From Candidatus Krumholzibacteriia bacterium (GTDB lineage Bacteria > Krumholzibacteriota > Krumholzibacteriia > JAJRXK01), in NCBI GenBank assembly GCA_041484665.1, contig JBGPIA010000001.1, positions 608,001-672,000 of the forward strand: a stretch of 64,000 bases of DNA, in the 5' to 3' direction. Shown here in pieces: positions 49,644-60,362 of this stretch (its first letter is position 1; the number at the start of each line of letters is the position of its first letter). The translations under genes and the position numbers were made by a program. The notes beneath the pieces are model-generated. The model did not search any database. It had not been told where the DNA came from and saw nothing but the letters and a program-made list of their open reading frames with translations.

Positions 49644-51596
49644 ATGATCCGTCCCACCCGACTCCATCCGGCCGCGCGCCTGCGGCCGAGTCCTTTCAGT
49701 CTCCGCTCGCTCGAGCGCGCGGCGGGCGTCGCGCTCGTCGCCCGTATCGCGCTCGTCGCGTCCGTCACGTTCGTCGCGGCTCTCGCGCTGGTTGCGAACA
49801 TCGCCTCCGCGGCGGGCCCCGCGCACAACGGCGGGCCACAGGGAAGCTCCGCGGGCGGCAGCCCGCGCATGGTCAGCGGCCCCATCCCCGCGGGCGCCGC
49901 GACGATCCAGAGCGCCCTGGGCACGGGCTTCACCTATCAGGGCCAGCTGCGCAATGGTCAGGGTGCCGTGAGCGGTCCGTGCGACTTCCAGTTCTCGCTG
50001 TTCGACGCGCTGACGGCCGGCACGCAGATCGGCTCGACGCAGACGAAAAGCGCTGTGACCGTGGAAAACGGTGTCTTCACCGTGCAGCTCGACTTCGGGA
50101 ACACTGCCTTCACCGGCGATGCGCGCTGGCTGCAGATCGCGCTCCGTTCGCCGGCGGGAGGCGGCGCCTACACCGCGCTCGCCCCTCGCCAGCCCGTCAC
50201 GTCCGCCCCCGAGGCGCTCACGCTGCGGCCCGGCGCGACGATCCAGACCGTTACCGAGCCCGTCGGCGCGACCGTCAGCGCCTCGAACATCGCATGGGCG
50301 AATCCAGTGGCTCTCCGCGCCATCGGCGGCACCGCGACGAACCAGCTGCCGGCCATGCCAACCGGTGTCTATGGCGAGTCCGCCACGGGCGTGGGCGTAT
50401 TCGGCAACAGCACGCAGAGCTACGGGGTGCTCGGCAACTCGGACGCGCAGACCGCCGTCCAGGGGAACAGCATCAACAGCAACGGCGTCGCCGGGATGAG
50501 CTCCAACCCCATTGCCAGCGGCGTGTATGGTGAAAACCTGGCGGGTGGGTTCGGCGTGGCCGGGCGTGCGTCGCAGTTCGGAACGGCCGTGCTGGGCGAT
50601 AACACCGGCGGCGGGCGAGCCGGCCAGTTCAATGGCACCGTCGACGTCAGCGGCGACCAGAGCATCGGCGGCAATCTCAGTTTCGGAGCCGCCAGGCGCC
50701 AGATGCTCAACCTCTGGGGAACGCAGTACGGCATCGGCGTGCAGGACCTCACGCAGTACTACCGGACCGACGGCGGGGCCGGCTTCGCCTGGCACCAGGG
50801 TGGCTCGCACAGCAACACGCAGAACGATCCCGGATCCGGCGGAAGGACGGTCATGACGCTCGACGCGAACGGGCAGCTCAACGTTCCGCTGGGCGGGCTG
50901 AACGCAACCGATGCCAGCGACTATGGCGTGCGCGGAGCTGGTGGCGTCGGCGGGGTATTCGGCTCCACGGCCAATCTCTCCGGAGCGGGAGTCTTCGGCA
51001 TCAACACCTCTGGGGGCGGGAGCTCGTCGGCGGGCGTCTTCGGGCAGGGCAACAACGCGCCCGGGGTGGTCGGCCAGAGCTTCACCTCGCGCCCGTTCGT
51101 CGGGTACGGATCGAATCTGAACGACCCGGTCTTCTACGTCGACAATGCGGGATCCGTACACGCCGACGGGACCTACACGTCGCCGGCCGCGGACTTCGCC
51201 GAGCTGCTCCCCGCCGACGATGGGTTGGAGCCAGGTGACGTGCTCGCGATCGGGGACGACGGCAGACTGCTCCAAAGTGTGCAGCCGTACCAGACCAGCG
51301 TCGTTGGTGTATACTCGGCCAAGCCCGCCTTCCTCGGCGGGAAGCGCGATGTTGCCCAGGGCGTGGGCGGTCCGCAGGCGGACCAAGTTCCGCTGGCGGT
51401 GATCGGAATCGTCCCGGTCAAGGTCACCTCCGCCAACGGACCCATCAAGCCTGGAGACCTGCTGGTGGCGTCGTCGACGCCCGGCCGCGCGATGCGCGCC
51501 GACGTCAACCCGCCCAATGGAACGGTCATCGGAAAGGCGCTCGGACGGCTGGACGACGGAGCCGGCACGATCCAGGTCGTCATCATGCTGCAATAG
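49644..51596 (+). CDS. Exported fibre-like protein, paralog 2
   Basis: Same architecture as 47518-49434; identical C-terminus RLDDGAGTIQVVIMLQ; AGGAGG SD. Confidence 0.8.
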   Translation: MIRPTRLHPAARLRPSPFSLRSLERAAGVALVARIALVASVTFVAALALVANIASAAGPAHNGGPQGSSAGGSPRMVSGPIPAGAATIQSALGTGFTYQGQLRNGQGAVSGPCDFQFSLFDALTAGTQIGSTQTKSAVTVENGVFTVQLDFGNTAFTGDARWLQIALRSPAGGGAYTALAPRQPVTSAPEALTLRPGATIQTVTEPVGATVSASNIAWANPVALRAIGGTATNQLPAMPTGVYGESATGVGVFGNSTQSYGVLGNSDAQTAVQGNSINSNGVAGMSSNPIASGVYGENLAGGFGVAGRASQFGTAVLGDNTGGGRAGQFNGTVDVSGDQSIGGNLSFGAARRQMLNLWGTQYGIGVQDLTQYYRTDGGAGFAWHQGGSHSNTQNDPGSGGRTVMTLDANGQLNVPLGGLNATDASDYGVRGAGGVGGVFGSTANLSGAGVFGINTSGGGSSSAGVFGQGNNAPGVVGQSFTSRPFVGYGSNLNDPVFYVDNAGSVHADGTYTSPAADFAELLPADDGLEPGDVLAIGDDGRLLQSVQPYQTSVVGVYSAKPAFLGGKRDVAQGVGGPQADQVPLAVIGIVPVKVTSANGPIKPGDLLVASSTPGRAMRADVNPPNGTVIGKALGRLDDGAGTIQVVIMLQ

Positions 51597-51606
51597 GAGG
51601 ACCGCA

Positions 51607-52218
51607 ATGCGAACCACGAGACTCCAACGCAGGAGCCCCCGCCCGCCGCTCCTCGCGCTGGCGGGGGCGGCCACGGCGATCGCCCTCGCCACGGCCGCGC
51701 CGGCCTTCGCGCAAACCGGCGGCGGGTACGATCTCACCTGGAACACCATCGACGGCGGCGGAGCGACCTTCAGCACCGGCGGCGGCTTCACCTTGGGCGG
51801 CACGATCGGCCAGCCCGATGCGGGGCTGTTGACCGGCGGGTCGTTCACGCTGCGCGGCGGCTTCTGGGGCGGCGGTCCGGTCGCCACGGGCGTGCCCGAG
51901 CCGGGCGACCGGCCCGGGAACGACCAGCCCGCGCTCCCGCTGGTCCAGCGCCTCTACCCCAATGTCCCCAATCCATTCAACCCGCGGACGGCCATCGCGT
52001 TTGACCTCCCTCATCCCAGCTCGGTTCGGCTGGAGATCTTCAATCTGCGCGGCGAGCTGGTGCGCACGCTGGTGCGCGAGGACCGCGCCCCCGGTCATCA
52101 CACGGTGATCTGGGAGGGAAACGACGACGGCGGACGAGCGGTGGCCAGCGGCTCGTACATCCTTCGCCTATCCACCCAGGAGGGGGTCCACCGGGAGAAG
52201 GTCATCCTGGTCCGTTGA
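51607..52218 (+). CDS. Small exported protein: 'W.TIDGGG...GTIGQPDAG...GGFW' module plus FlgD-Ig/T9SS-like domain
   Basis: AGGAGG SD; signal peptide AFA-Q; PNPFNPRTAIAFDL...W.G.DD.GR.VASGSY. Confidence 0.85.
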   Translation: MRTTRLQRRSPRPPLLALAGAATAIALATAAPAFAQTGGGYDLTWNTIDGGGATFSTGGGFTLGGTIGQPDAGLLTGGSFTLRGGFWGGGPVATGVPEPGDRPGNDQPALPLVQRLYPNVPNPFNPRTAIAFDLPHPSSVRLEIFNLRGELVRTLVREDRAPGHHTVIWEGNDDGGRAVASGSYILRLSTQEGVHREKVILVR

Positions 52219-52490
52219 CCTGACCTTTGTAGGCGTACGCGGGCGGGCGGCGCGTCTGCCGCCGCCCTCCACGTCCCCTCCCCGTACGGGGTGGCCCGCC
52301 CTCCAGCCGGCAAGAAGTTCCCACCCGCCCCGTGCAGCGCTGCCGCGGATGCCCGCGGTGCCCCTCGACCCATCCCGAACTGGCGGTCCGGTACGGGCAG
52401 CCCTGACCGTGTCTTGACATCCCGCTCGGGCTGCGGCCTATTGAAATCCCCCTCGACGGCCGCTGTGGTTGAGCGGCACGTCGTTTGCCC

Positions 52491-53510
52491 ATGCCCGCTG
52501 CGATGCCCGTCACACTGCCGGCCCCTCGGCGCGCGGCGCGCGCTGGCGCCATCGCCCTGCTGCTGGCGACGGGGGTAGGCTGTGGCCGGCCGCCGGACCT
52601 GCCTCTGCGCATCGGAATCAATCCGTGGCCCGGGTACGAGCTGCTCTACCTCGCCGCGGAGAAGGGCTTTTTCGAGCAAGAAGGCGTCAAGGTCCGCCTC
52701 GTGGAATACACGTCGCTGGGCGACACGCGCCGCGCCTTCGAGCTCGGCCGGCTGGATGGCATGACCTGCACCCTCATCGAGCTCAGCGAGGTGCGCCGGC
52801 GAACGCCGCTCTCTCCCAGCGCGGTGCTCGTGCTGGATAACTCCATGGGTGCCGATGTCCTGCTGGCCGGGCCGGGTACGGCATCGGTGGAGCAGCTGCG
52901 CGGGCGTCGCGTCGGGGTGGAGACGGGATCGCTGGGGGTCTACCTCCTGGTGCGGGCGCTGGAGATGTACGGCCTGCGCATGGAGGACGTGGTGCTCGTC
53001 GCCAGCGACCCCCCCAGCATGGGTGCTGACTTCGCCGGCGGAACGCTGGACGCCATCGTGTCCTACCCACCGTACGCCACCGAGATCCTGCGCGACGGCC
53101 GGGCGCATGTGCTGTTCAGCAGCGCCCAGATCCCGGGCGAGGTCGTCGACGTCCTCGCGGTTGACGCCGCTGCGGCTGCGCACCGCGCCCGCGAGCTTAC
53201 CGGCGTGATTCGCGCCTGGGAGCGGGCGCGGGTCTACGCCACCGAGCACGCCGACGAGACGCAGCGCCGCATGGCCGAGCGCGAGCGCGTCTCACCCGAG
53301 GAATTGCGCGCATCGCTGGCCGCGATCCGCATCCTCCCGCTGGCGGAGCAGCCCCCGCTCTTCGCGCCGGGCGCTGCGCTGCAACAGATCTTCGCGCGCC
53401 TGCAGGCGGTCATGCGCGCGACGGGCCAGGACAGCCTGCCTGCCGCTTCCCGCGACGGCGGACCCGCCGTTTTCATCTCCGAACCGCTCGACTCGGCCCT
53501 GCAGCGATGA
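52491..53510 (+). CDS. Periplasmic substrate-binding lipoprotein (NMT1/SsuA-like)
   Basis: Lipobox GVGC, INPWPGYELLYLA.EKGFF, DNSMGAD, FSSAQIPGEVVDVL; ATGA overlap with the kinase. Confidence 0.88.
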   Translation: MPAAMPVTLPAPRRAARAGAIALLLATGVGCGRPPDLPLRIGINPWPGYELLYLAAEKGFFEQEGVKVRLVEYTSLGDTRRAFELGRLDGMTCTLIELSEVRRRTPLSPSAVLVLDNSMGADVLLAGPGTASVEQLRGRRVGVETGSLGVYLLVRALEMYGLRMEDVVLVASDPPSMGADFAGGTLDAIVSYPPYATEILRDGRAHVLFSSAQIPGEVVDVLAVDAAAAAHRARELTGVIRAWERARVYATEHADETQRRMAERERVSPEELRASLAAIRILPLAEQPPLFAPGAALQQIFARLQAVMRATGQDSLPAASRDGGPAVFISEPLDSALQR

Positions 53511-56500
53511 TCGTGCTGCCCCGCATCCGGAGATTCTGCGGATCGTTGGGCTGCCGACTGCTGTTTCCACTAATCGTGCTGGGGTCGGCCGTGGCCGTGC
53601 TGGCCGGCCTGACGGGGCACCGCATGCTGGTGCGGCAGGCGGATCTCCAGCTCGAGCGCCGCGCGAGCGCCGTGGCCGACGCGGTGGTCTATAGCCTGAA
53701 CACCGTGGACAAGTACTCGGAGTTCACCCGCTTCGTCAGCTTCTTGGCCGGCGAGCGCGACATCGAGGCGGTGGTCGTGACCGGCGGCAGCCCGCCGCGG
53801 GTGATCGCCTCGAACAAGGCGGAGTGGAACGGCCGGCTGCTCTCCGACCCGCCGCGCGAGCAGGTGGGGGCCCACCTGTTCGGCGATCTCGCCACCCGTC
53901 CGACCGCGGCGCATCGCCACGACGAGACGGGCATGTACCTGTACAGCAGGGCCTTCGCGCTCCACGATCCTGGGCCGCGCGGCATCGAGCTGACGTCGGG
54001 CATCGTTGCGGTCGAGCTGGCCGCCGACGCGACGGTCGGCCCGGTCACGCGCACCTTTGGCGGGTTGACGGCCCTGCTGCTGGTGGGGATCCTGGTGTTG
54101 TCGCTGATCGTCTACGCCTCCCTGCACCGGCAGGTCCTGAAGCCTACGACTGCCATCCGGCGCGCCATGGAGCGCCGCGCCGCGGGCGATGCGTCCGTCT
54201 ACGCGCCGGTGACCGGCGCGCCGGAGATCGGGGACGTTGCCCGTTCGCTGAATTCCATGCTCGATGCGCTGCGCCAGAGCAGCGAGCGCCTCGAGCTGAT
54301 CGTGCGGGCCACGCGCGACGGGATCTACGACTGGGACATTCCCAGCGGCCGCATCATGCGCAACGAAGTCTACGGCGATGCCTTCGGCGGCGGGAATCCC
54401 GTCCCTACGGACCTGGATTGGTGGCGCGAGCGCGTCCACCCGGAGGACCGGCCGGGCATCGAGGCGAGCCTGCAGGCGGCTCTGTCAGGCCAGGCGCGCG
54501 TGTGGTCCAACGATTACCGCTTCCGCCGCGAGTCGGGCGAGTATGCCTTCGTCCTGGACCGGGGCTTCATCGCGCGCGGACCGGCCGGCGAACCCCAGCG
54601 CATGATCGGCGCGATGACCGACATCACAGCCTGGCGGCAGGCAGAGCAGGAGCGCGACCGTTTCTTCACGCTCTCCCTGGACATCCTCTGCCTCGTCGGG
54701 CTCGACGGCTACTTCAAGCGCGTGAACCCCGCCTTCGAGCGGATGCTCGGCTACACCGGCGACGAGCTCTTGTCCAGACCGTTCGTCGAGTTCGTGCACC
54801 CCGAGGACCTCGAGTTGACACGGCGCGAGTTCGCGAAGCTGGCCGGCGGTACCGAGGTCCGCGCCTTCGAGAACCGTTACGTCTGCAAGGATGGTTCCTA
54901 CCGCTGGCTCAGCTGGTCCTGCCCACCGCCCCCGCCTGGCGAGACGGTCGTGTACGCGGTCGCGCGCGACGTCACCGATCGCAAGCTCGTGGAGAACTTC
55001 CTGCTGCGCACGCGGACCCTGCTGCAGTCATTCGTGGAGCAGACGCCTGCTGCGGTCGCGATGCTCGACAAGGACCTGCGCTATCTGGCGGTGAGCAAGC
55101 GCTGGATGGAGGACTACAAGCTCCCCTATGCCAACCTGCTCGGACGCCATCACTACGAGGTCTTTCCCGAGATCGGCGCGAACGTAGATTGGCAGGAGGT
55201 CTACCAGCGCTGCCTTAAGGGGGAGGTGCAGCGGCGCGAGGAGGATCGTTTCGTGCGGGCGGACGGCACCGAGACCTGGCTGCGCTGGGAGGTCCGCCCT
55301 TGGCTCGAGGAGGACGGCGCAATCGGCGGTCTGATCATGTTCACCGAGGACATCACCGCCCGCAAGCACGCCGAGCAGGCCCTGCAGCTGAGCGAGCAGC
55401 GCTGGCAGTTCGCGCTGGAGGGCTCCGGCGACGGTGTCTGGGACTGGGACGTTGCGGCCAGTCGGGTGTTCTACTCCAGGCGCTGGAAGGAGATGCTCGG
55501 ATACGACGAGCATGACGTCGGGGACGGGCTAACGGAGTGGGAGTCGCGCGTCCATCCGGACGACAAGGCGCGCGTGATGGGCGAGATCGAGCGCCACTTC
55601 CGCGGCGAGACGGCGCAGTACGTGGCCGAGCACCGCGTGCTGTGCAAGGACGGCAGCTTCAAATGGGTGCTGGATCGTGGCAAGGTCATGGGGCGCGGGC
55701 CGGACGGACGTCCGCTGCGCGTGGTCGGTACGCACACCGACATTACCCTACGGCGCCTGGCCGAGCAGGCCCTGCGCGACGCCAAGGAGGCCGCCGAAGC
55801 GGCGAACCTGGCCAAGAGCGAGTTCCTGGCCAGCATGAGCCACGAGATCCGCACGCCGATGAATGGCGTGATGGGAACCCTTGCGCTGCTGCTGGACTCG
55901 CCGCTCAGCGCGGAGCAGCACGAGCTGGCGGAGATGGGGCTGCGCTCGGGCCAGTCGCTCATGACCACGATCAACGAGATCCTCGACTTCTCCAAGATCG
56001 AAGCCGGGCGACTCACGCTGGAAGCGATCCCCTTCGATCTCGGCCAGCTCGTGGAGGAGACGGTACAGCTGCTGGCCCGCCCCGCGGAGCAGAAGCGGCT
56101 CGAGCTCGTCCTGCAGATGGCCCAAGACGTGCCCCGGCGTCTGGTGGGTGACCCGGCACGGATCCGTCAGGTGCTCAACAACCTCATCGGCAATGCCGTC
56201 AAGTTCACCGAGCGCGGACACGTCTGCGTGCAGGTCAGCTGCGAGTCGCCGCGGGCGGGGCGGCCGATCGTGCGCTTTGCGGTGCAGGACACGGGGATCG
56301 GAGTCCCGCAGGACAAGCTCTCGATCATCTTCGACAAGTTCACGCAGGCCGATTCCTCAACGACGCGCCGCTATGGCGGCACCGGCCTGGGTCTGGCGAT
56401 CTGCAAGCTGCTCGTCGAGCTGATGGACGGCCAGATCGGGGTGGTGAGTGATCCGGGCAAGGGCTCGACCTTCTGGTTCGGCCTGCCGGTGACTCCCTCG

Positions 56501-57526
56501 GCCGACGCCGTGCCATGGCGTCCGCCCGATCTGGAGGGCAAGCGGGTGTTGATCGCGGCGCCCCAGCCCGTCGTGCGCCGCGCCCTGTGCGACACCCTCG
56601 AAGGGCTGGGGGCGCAGGCGCAGGAGGCGCAGAGCGCGGAGGCGGCTCTGGAGCTGCTCCGCGCCGCGCACGCAGCGGGCCGCGCGATCGAGCTATTGCT
56701 GCTCGATGAGGACCTTCCCGATGGCTCGGCGCGCGAGATCCTCGCCGCGGTGCAGGGCGGCGCCCGGGTCGGGCAGCCGGCGGTGTTGGCGCTCTACCGG
56801 CTTTCGTCGGGCGGCGACGCGCCCGCGCCGCCGCAGCGCGGCGTCTACGGCCGCCTCTCCAAGCCGGTGCTGCCCGCCCGCCTGGCGGAAGCGCTCGAGC
56901 AGTTCCGACCGGACCCGATCGGGCAGCGCCAGGCGACCCTGACCCAGACGGCGGACTCCGCCGCCGGCCGCGTGCGCGCGAGCGCGCAGCCGCACCGATC
57001 ACTGCCACAGGCGCGGATCCTGGTCGCCGAAGACAATGCGGTGAACCAGAAGGTGGCGGCGAAGATGCTCGAACGTCTCGGTTGCCACGCGGACGTCGCC
57101 GCTGACGGGCGGGAGGCCCTGCGCCGTGCGGCCGAGACGCGCTACGACCTGCTGCTCATGGACTGCCAGATGCCCGACGTCGATGGTTACGAGGCGACCC
57201 GGCAGATCCGCAGCCGCGAGGCGCTCGCGCTGCGCGCCACGCCGCTTGCGCCCAACGGCCGGCACGCCGCGGGTGACCGGGCACCTGGTTCCTGCGTGAT
57301 CGTAGCCATGACGGCACATGCCATGCCCGGCGACCGCGAGCGCGCGCTCGCCGCCGGCATGGACGACTATCTGCCCAAGCCGGTCACGCTGGACAAGCTG
57401 CGCGAGATCCTCACGCGCTGGCTGCCCGGACGGATGCCGGATCCGATCGAAGCGGCGCACCTCGACCCGGTCCAAGTCGGCGGCCCCACGCGCACGGGGG
57501 ACCCGACTGGTTACGTCGGAAAGTAA
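53507..57526 (+). CDS. Hybrid sensor histidine kinase (TM-HAMP-4xPAS-HisKA-HATPase-REC-REC)
   Basis: [37 protein letters not shown]; final receiver ILVAEDN...LMDCQMP..DG...KPV. Confidence 0.95.
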   Translation: MIVLPRIRRFCGSLGCRLLFPLIVLGSAVAVLAGLTGHRMLVRQADLQLERRASAVADAVVYSLNTVDKYSEFTRFVSFLAGERDIEAVVVTGGSPPRVIASNKAEWNGRLLSDPPREQVGAHLFGDLATRPTAAHRHDETGMYLYSRAFALHDPGPRGIELTSGIVAVELAADATVGPVTRTFGGLTALLLVGILVLSLIVYASLHRQVLKPTTAIRRAMERRAAGDASVYAPVTGAPEIGDVARSLNSMLDALRQSSERLELIVRATRDGIYDWDIPSGRIMRNEVYGDAFGGGNPVPTDLDWWRERVHPEDRPGIEASLQAALSGQARVWSNDYRFRRESGEYAFVLDRGFIARGPAGEPQRMIGAMTDITAWRQAEQERDRFFTLSLDILCLVGLDGYFKRVNPAFERMLGYTGDELLSRPFVEFVHPEDLELTRREFAKLAGGTEVRAFENRYVCKDGSYRWLSWSCPPPPPGETVVYAVARDVTDRKLVENFLLRTRTLLQSFVEQTPAAVAMLDKDLRYLAVSKRWMEDYKLPYANLLGRHHYEVFPEIGANVDWQEVYQRCLKGEVQRREEDRFVRADGTETWLRWEVRPWLEEDGAIGGLIMFTEDITARKHAEQALQLSEQRWQFALEGSGDGVWDWDVAASRVFYSRRWKEMLGYDEHDVGDGLTEWESRVHPDDKARVMGEIERHFRGETAQYVAEHRVLCKDGSFKWVLDRGKVMGRGPDGRPLRVVGTHTDITLRRLAEQALRDAKEAAEAANLAKSEFLASMSHEIRTPMNGVMGTLALLLDSPLSAEQHELAEMGLRSGQSLMTTINEILDFSKIEAGRLTLEAIPFDLGQLVEETVQLLARPAEQKRLELVLQMAQDVPRRLVGDPARIRQVLNNLIGNAVKFTERGHVCVQVSCESPRAGRPIVRFAVQDTGIGVPQDKLSIIFDKFTQADSSTTRRYGGTGLGLAICKLLVELMDGQIGVVSDPGKGSTFWFGLPVTPSADAVPWRPPDLEGKRVLIAAPQPVVRRALCDTLEGLGAQAQEAQSAEAALELLRAAHAAGRAIELLLLDEDLPDGSAREILAAVQGGARVGQPAVLALYRLSSGGDAPAPPQRGVYGRLSKPVLPARLAEALEQFRPDPIGQRQATLTQTADSAAGRVRASAQPHRSLPQARILVAEDNAVNQKVAAKMLERLGCHADVAADGREALRRAAETRYDLLLMDCQMPDVDGYEATRQIRSREALALRATPLAPNGRHAAGDRAPGSCVIVAMTAHAMPGDRERALAAGMDDYLPKPVTLDKLREILTRWLPGRMPDPIEAAHLDPVQVGGPTRTGDPTGYVGK

Positions 57527-58095
57527 TCGGGGGCGCTGCCCGGCTTCCACTTGATGTTGCAGCCGATGGAGGGGACCTGCTCTGCGGGCGGCCGCCGGCC
57601 AGCCAGCAACGCATCGGCGACGGCGCGCAGGTCCCGCCCGTGGGGCTTCTGCGGTGGCGTCTGCTGCGGGCGGGTCTCGTCGAAACGCCCGCGGTAGACC
57701 AGGCGATGTGCCGCGTCGAACAGGTAGAAGTCGGGCGTACACGCTGCACGATAGGCCTTGGCGACCTCCTGGCTGTCGTCGAACAGGTACGCGAAGACGT
57801 ACCCGCGCCCGGCCTTCTCCTCCTTCATCTTCGCAGGGCCGTCCTGCGGGAAGGCGGCGATGTCATTGCTGCTGATGCCGACGATGGAGAGGCCCTTTTT
57901 CTGGTACTCACGCGCGAAAGCGGCCAGCTCGCCGGCGAGGTGCTGGACGAATGGGCAGTGATTGCACAGGAAGATCACCAGCAGCGGCTGCCCATTGAAG
58001 TCGGACAACCGGACGCTCTTTCCGTCGGTGTCCGGCAGTTGGAAATCGGGAGCCGCGGTGCCCAGCGGCAACATCGTAGAGTTGACAGCAACCAT
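57511..58095 (-). CDS. Thioredoxin-like redoxin (AhpC/TSA family)
   Basis: APDFQLPD, FLCNHCPFV, YRAACTPDF, YRGRFD, PSIGCNIKWK. Confidence 0.93.
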   Translation of the reverse strand: MVAVNSTMLPLGTAAPDFQLPDTDGKSVRLSDFNGQPLLVIFLCNHCPFVQHLAGELAAFAREYQKKGLSIVGISSNDIAAFPQDGPAKMKEEKAGRGYVFAYLFDDSQEVAKAYRAACTPDFYLFDAAHRLVYRGRFDETRPQQTPPQKPHGRDLRAVADALLAGRRPPAEQVPSIGCNIKWKPGSAPDYFPT

Positions 58096-58225
58096 GGAGC
58101 CTCCTCGTTGCGGTGCGGTCCACGGCAGAATGCTAGCGCAGTCAAGCTCGACAAGCCATCGCCTGCGGGCCGATCATGGCAGCGCGGGCGCGAGGGCCGG
58201 GCGGGTTCGAACGGGGGGCGGGAGC

Positions 58226-59680
58226 ATGACCGTCGATGGATTGCCCAAGGGCACCGAACCGGCTGCGCGCGTGGTGCGCGCGGCAGGAGTGGGCCCGGCA
58301 CGGCGGCGCGGCAGCCGGTTCGCCGTCGCATCGGTGTGTGCGGTGCTGGCCTGCGCTGCGCCGGGTGCCTTGGCCGCGAAACCCACGGTGGCTGGCTCGG
58401 CTGGGCATGCGGCGCCCGGGGACGCGCCGACCACCGAGGAGACCGCCGCCAAGGGAGAGGTGATTTCGGCGATGCTGATCACCGGCGCGCGCGTCCTGGC
58501 CGAGGACGCCGCTGGGTGGCGCGAAGGCGTGGCGGTGCTCGTGCGGGGCGCCACCATCGAGCAGGTTGCACCGCAGAGCCAGCTGCAGGCGCAGGTTCCT
58601 GCGGAGGTGCCGCGCGTGGCGGCCGATGGCCTCTACCTGCTGCCGGGGCTGATGGATCTCCACACCCATCTGCTGCTGCACCCCTACGACGAGACGCCCT
58701 GGAACGACCAGGTGCTCAAGGAGCCGCTCGAGCTGCGCACCATCCGCGCGGTCAACGCCGCGCGCGCGACGCTCGAGGCGGGCTTCACGACCATCCGTGA
58801 CCTGGGAACCGAGGGCGCGGGCTTCGCCGATGTGGCGCTGCGCAGCGCCGTAGCGTCGGGGATGATCGCGGGCCCGCGGATCCTTGCCGCGACCCGAGCC
58901 ATCGTCGCAACCGGTTGCTACGGCCCGTCCGGCTTCGATCCGCGCTGGCCGGTCCCCAAAGGCGCCCAGGAGGCCGACGGCGTAGACGGTGTGCGCAAGG
59001 CCGTGCGCGAGCAGATCGCCGCCGGAGCCGACTGGGTGAAGTTCTACGCCGACTACCGGCGGACCCCGTCGGGCGACGCCACACCCAGCTTCTCGCTCCC
59101 GGAAATGCAGGCCATGGTGGACGAGGCGCGCTCCGCCGGCCTGCCCGTGGCCGCGCACGCGACGACGGACGAGGGGATCCGCCGCGCCGTGCTGGCCGGC
59201 GTCGCCACCATCGAGCACGGCAACGGCGCCTCAACGGCAGTGTTGCAGCTGATGCGAGAGCACGGCGTCGTCCTGTGCCCGACGCTGGCCGCCTCCGAGG
59301 CGTTGGCGCGCTACGCCGGGTGGAAACCCGGCGACGCGGAGCCTGCGCGCCTGCGCCAATCACGGGAGATGTTCGCGCGGGCGCTGCAGGCAGGCGTGAA
59401 GCTTGCCTGTGGCAGCGATGCGGGTGTCTTCGCCCACGGCGCCAACGCGCGCGAGCTGGAGCTCATGGTGGAAGGCGGCCTGCCGCGCGCCGAAGCGCTG
59501 CGCGCGGCGACCGTCGATGCCGCTGCGGTGATCGGACGCGCGAAGGACCTGGGGCGCGTGGCGCCGGGCTTCGTGGCGGACCTGATCGCCACCCGCAACG
59601 ATCCGCTGCAGGACATCGCGGCGCTGCGCGGGCCCGTGCTGGTCATCAAGGATGGGCATAGCGTCGTAGACCGGCGCTGA
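58226..59680 (+). CDS. Amidohydrolase (Xaa-Pro dipeptidase/imidazolonepropionase-like), exported
   Basis: LPGLMDLHTHL, GFTTIRDLG, GADWVK, VAAHA, TIEHG, GSDAG. Confidence 0.92.
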   Translation: MTVDGLPKGTEPAARVVRAAGVGPARRRGSRFAVASVCAVLACAAPGALAAKPTVAGSAGHAAPGDAPTTEETAAKGEVISAMLITGARVLAEDAAGWREGVAVLVRGATIEQVAPQSQLQAQVPAEVPRVAADGLYLLPGLMDLHTHLLLHPYDETPWNDQVLKEPLELRTIRAVNAARATLEAGFTTIRDLGTEGAGFADVALRSAVASGMIAGPRILAATRAIVATGCYGPSGFDPRWPVPKGAQEADGVDGVRKAVREQIAAGADWVKFYADYRRTPSGDATPSFSLPEMQAMVDEARSAGLPVAAHATTDEGIRRAVLAGVATIEHGNGASTAVLQLMREHGVVLCPTLAASEALARYAGWKPGDAEPARLRQSREMFARALQAGVKLACGSDAGVFAHGANARELELMVEGGLPRAEALRAATVDAAAVIGRAKDLGRVAPGFVADLIATRNDPLQDIAALRGPVLVIKDGHSVVDRR

Positions 59681-60362
59681 GTCCGGTCCCGCCCAGGCAG
59701 CTACAGAGCGCATCTCCCCTCACATCGTCGCCGCGCCGTCGGCCGCCCGCAGCCACGTCGGCGTCACAGAATCGGACTGCCACCGCGCCGGCCAGCCTCC
59801 CGCTACAGCCGCTTCCGCTGCTGCATATCCAACACGGAAACCGACGCTACTGCTTGGCTTCACGCACGCTGCCGCAGCAGCGATTCCGCAACCGCGGTGT
59901 TGGCAACGCGATGCCGCCTGGCACGACGGCTGCGAGTGCGGCTGCGCGTTCGCGGTCAACGCGCGACGCGCAGAGGTGAGGACAGCGGCGCATGGCCAGC
60001 GGCGCAGCCGCGTGTCGGCCCACCTACGATGTGCTGCCCGCCGACGTGGATGACGACGGCTCCCTTCACATCTCCGCTGCCCAAGGAGGGATCGTGACCG
60101 ATCCGACAGTGACCGTTCTCACGCAGTCAATGTTCGTCAACGCTAGTTCCGAGCGATTCTCCGATGTCACCTCCACGTGTCCCGGCGCCAGCGCGTTCCA
60201 CGCGCCGATCAGCGCGAGCCACTGGTTCCAAGGCGGAGGCCAGCGTCCCAACCGGGATGCGGCGGCGTCCCACAACCACGCATTCGCGGGCACGGACAAG
60301 CGGGAAATGCTCAACGCCCTGACGTCGCTCGCCACTGCGGCGCGAGCGCCCGCGGTGCGGCC

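Noticed and set aside
49020..51596. Near-identical 3' ends of the two fibre genes as a DGR template/variable repeat pair
   Set aside because: Both copies are coding, the differences I checked are mostly synonymous and not adenine-specific, and there is no reverse transcriptase in the window.
47518..52218. Prophage or tailocin interpretation of the fibre-like genes
   Set aside because: No capsid, terminase, baseplate, sheath, lysis or integrase genes; the proteins have signal-like leaders.
52414..52446. TTGACA upstream of the substrate-binding protein gene
   Set aside because: No convincing -10 box at a normal spacing.
59899..59916. TTGGCAACGCGATGC as a sigma54 promoter
   Set aside because: GG-to-GC spacing is 9 nt, not the required 10.
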